A stretch of 64,000 bases of DNA from NCBI GenBank assembly GCA_951406725.2, contig OX597836.1, forward strand, positions 35,154,001-35,218,000. Reading direction: 5' to 3'. The notes below the pieces were generated by a model. It saw only the letters and a list, made by a program, of their open reading frames with translations, did no database searches and was not told the origin of the DNA. The stretch's first letter is position 1, and every line of letters starts with the position of its first letter. Position numbers and translations under genes: made by a program. The stretch comes from Octopus vulgaris. Taxonomy: Eukaryota. Below are positions 60,246-64,000 of the stretch, one piece after another.

Positions 60246-63200
60246 GGCACGCTTGAAGCCATCTTTGACAACGAACAAAGTAAAGATGGCAAGAATGGAA
60301 GCACGGATGCTGATGAAAAATGTCACCCCCACTTTGTAGACACCCAGGACAACTAAGAAGATTCAAGTGAGACACCTTCCACGGGAAGTAACCCCAAGTG
60401 CAAGTGCCCCTACCAGCACCAAAATCCAAAGCCTCGGAGATGAAAGAGCCAAAAAAGAAGTAAAAGGAGGAAAAACTAAAAGAAAAACAAGAGGTGAAAC
60501 ACCCAAAGTGGGAAAACTCAAACTCAAACAAAACCAAAAGATGAAACAGCCAAGGATAGAAGCAAACCTTACTATCCATATACCAAAAAGGATAGAAAGG
60601 GACAGCGCCCGCGAATGTGTAAATTCTACCTGAAAGGTGTCTGCTGGCATTGAGAGGAATGTGCAGGGTGCCGTTTTGCACACCAAAGACCCTGCCACAT
60701 AAACATCAAACAGGGCAGAAACCAACTACCGAAAGGAAAAGGTATAGACCACGCACCACCTGCCCCAAAACGGAGGTACGCAGATGTAGTGCGTGCTACA
60801 AACCACCAACATCTTATTGAAAGGGCAGCTGCTGAATAAGAATCTTTTTTGCGCATGGCACAAAAGATTGTACAGCAGCTAACATGGCTCTATCAAACTC
60901 AAACTCGCAGATGGGACTATCCAGAATACGCAAGACCGCCACAGCAAATAGACCCAAGGTGGACACCACCGGCAACAGCACACACATCACCTCGATGCTC
61001 CTACTGAAGATCAGAGGACTGCTAACACTCAGTAACAGGACAAAAATCCCGTTCATGAGAGACCATGTTGCATGCAATCAAGCCTTATGCATAGCACTTA
61101 CGGAAACACACCTGAAACTGGACATAGCAGATGCGGAAATTCACATACCATAGTATGTTGTATTACGGACCGACAGAAAAGAAAGGAGTCATGGGGGAGT
61201 TGCTATGTACATCCGCGAGGACCTCACACCCCAGGTCCTTTTGTCATACTCAAATTCGGTGTGTGACACACTAATTGTACATATAAGGCAACTTGGTGTA
61301 GTTATATGTGCTACATATCGCCTCCAGATGCCCCAAGCCATGTAGGCAAGTTTGAAGGCTGCCTTATAAAATAGAAGTTCTAGTCACATTAGAACAATAC
61401 ATAAGTGTACTTCTTATGGGAGACTTCAATCTGCCCAATGTCAGATGGCCCGAGGTTCTTTCTCTCCCAGGAATGACACGATGCGAACGAGGACAGCCGA
61501 GGTCCCTCCTGAACCTCATCAACACTCTGTACATGGAGCAAATAATACTCCAACCAACCAGAGCAGGTAACATACTGGATCTCTGCTTCACAAATAATAT
61601 GGATCTCATCTATAATGTGAAAGTGACCGACACTACTCTCGGATCACAACATGGTAGAGCTGACCATATACGGGCCAAAGGAAAGCATGGACATGCAGAA
61701 ATTCTCAGATTCTTTCCAGCTTGAACTTCCATAAGGCAAACTGGAAAGAAATTGAGAAAGAGATCCTCAAACAAAACTGGCCTGAATGACTCTCCTCGCT
61801 AGACATCGACATGAAACTTCCATAATTCATCTCTGTAATGCAAGCCATATACTACAAATGTGTCCCAGAGAGAAAGGCCACTATACACAAGAACAAAATC
61901 CCCAGAGAGTGGAAAATTCTAATGAGACGGCGTACAAAATTTTCAAATCGCCTAAACAAGCAAATTGAAAGCAGTGTAAGTGCCGCCTGAAACTAAAACT
62001 GTTGGAAATTGAAAAATGTCTGCAACTCTCCCATGAAAAGGAAAGAGCAGACAAAGAAGCCTGCGCTATAGACAACATAAAATCTAACCCCAGAACTTTC
62101 TACAGGTATGCCAAAGAAACAGCTACGGTGCATTGTAGGATAGGGCCACTCCTTGAAAAGGATGGCACTCTCACAGGAAATCCAATGAGGATAAGTGAAA
62201 TACTAAATGAGCAATTCAAGAGTATTTTCACTCCACCCCTAGGGCATTTCATGTCAGCAATCCAACTGACTTCTTTACCATTGCAAATATAAAATCAGAG
62301 GCAGCGTTGATTGATTACATCAATATAAAGGAAGACGATGTAATAAAGGCTATAGATGAAATGAAATAAACTCAGCTACTGGACCCGATGGATTCTCAGC
62401 AATCCTTCGAAAAGTATGTAAGAGAGTCCTAGCAAGACCACTGCAGTTCCTCTTTCAGAGCTTCCTTTGCAACTGGCAAACTTCCAAGAAAACTGAAGGA
62501 AGGTAAAATATGCCCTATTCATAAAGGAGGTAGCAGAGCGGAGGCCAAGAACAACAGACCTAATTTTCTGACCACACAAATCAGCAAGTTCATGGAACGA
62601 ATAGTCAGAAGGAAACTAATCACCTTCCTTGAAGAAAATGACTTGCTGCCTAACACCCAACATGGTTTCCGACCAGGAAGAAGCTGCCTAACTCAGCTCC
62701 TACAACACTATGACTGGGTGCTGAAACGACTGCTCAACCACTCAAATGTGGAAGTCATATAACTCGACTTTGCAAAGGCCTTTGATAAAGTCGATCATGG
62801 AATGATATGTCACAAACTGCGTGATCTTGGCATTGTTGGAAAATTGGGAGAATGGCTTCAACGACTTTCTGAAGGATAGAAGCCAGGTGGTAGTAGCCAA
62901 TTTATCTATTAACACGCAAAAAGTGAGCGCTGTTCTGCAAGGAACTGTTTTGGGACCACTGCTGTTCATAATAGTCCTCTCAGACATGCCCTCAGCCACG
63001 CAGAGAGCCACGATCACAAGTTATGCATATGATGCAAAAGTTTCACAGGCAATACAGAACCCTAAAGACACTAAGCACCTGCAATGTGAGCTGGACAAAA
63101 TATACAAGTGGGCTGAAAAGAATAGTATGCAGTTCAATGCTGTAAAGTTTCAAGCTTTATGCTATCAGCATGCAAAACTAAATGCAATACCCAATAAATA

Positions 63201-64000
63201 CACTGGACCTGGAGGGATTGCAATCCCAGAGGCACAATCAGTGCGAGACCTGGGTATTTACATGAGTGATGATGCAACCTTTCACGTGCATGTTGCTAAA
63301 TTGGCAATGAAATATAGGCGGCTGACCGGATGGATTCTTAGAACCTTTAGAACAAGAGACCAGGAAACCATGATGGTCCTCTGGAGGACACTTGTCCTAA
63401 GCCACTTTGACTATTGCTCTCAGCTATGGTCACCATCCAGTGTCAAGTTAATCACAGAACTTGAGGCGATCCAACGAAGCTACACGAAGAAGATAGCCTC
63501 TGTGCAGCATATAAGCTATTGGGAAAGACTCAAGAGATCAATAGCTACTCTATTCCTTAGAGCGTAGGCGAGAAAGATATGCCATAATATACATCTGGAA
63601 GATACTAGAAGGACTTGTCCCAAACTTTGGCATCGAGAGTTACAAAAATGCTAGAACTGGGCGCCACTGCATAGTGCCAAGGACTCCAAATTTGTAGGAC
63701 AAGATACTGTGATAGCCTGGGCTTCAGAGGCCCACAGCTCTTCAATATCCTCCCGAAGAACCTGAGAGACCTGCATGGGGTGGATGCAGATGTCTTTAAA
63801 ATAAAACTGTATCTCTTCCTGTTAGGTGTCCCAGATGAACCAACTTCACGGCAGGAGGTGCAGATGAGGGCAGTTGCATCGAACTCTCTCATGCACCAAA
63901 TGGCAATTACTAAAAAGCATTCGTGAAGTAAAATCATGTAGCAACACCAAATGGCGGTGCCCCAGCATGGCCACAGCTCGTGAGCTGAATCTAGATAAGA
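60242..64000 (+). mobile_element. CR1/L2 group LINE, duplicate of 15086-18855
   Basis: Shares YAYD and most other lesions with copy A. Confidence 0.92.

Overview
AT-rich animal genomic DNA saturated with (TA)n, (CA)n, (TATC)n and (CTTT)n microsatellites. The SINE families and repeat landscape suggest a coleoid cephalopod, probably Octopus; this is an inference. Almost all ORFs in the supplied track are microsatellite artefacts. The window is a nested tandem array. A unit of about 45.05 kb (1-45045) is followed by a near-identical second copy (45046-64000, cut by the window end). The unit is itself built from three rearranged sub-copies. Each sub-copy carries a compact 4-exon, minus-strand gene that the ORF track misses. 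Manual splicing gives a 137-aa protein with three C2H2 fingers and one C2HC finger. There are four gene copies in the window: three intact and one with a 1-bp frameshift. The genes sit in a scaffold of ~180-200-bp near-perfect palindromes, ~140-bp sub-repeat modules and ~300-bp GC-richer elements present in both orientations. The array also holds decayed CR1/L2-group LINEs (3), DD41D-like mariner remnants (4), one Tc1 remnant, one non-autonomous Helitron and a SINE-rich captured block. Coordinates were counted by hand: exon boundaries are exact, repeat boundaries are approximate.
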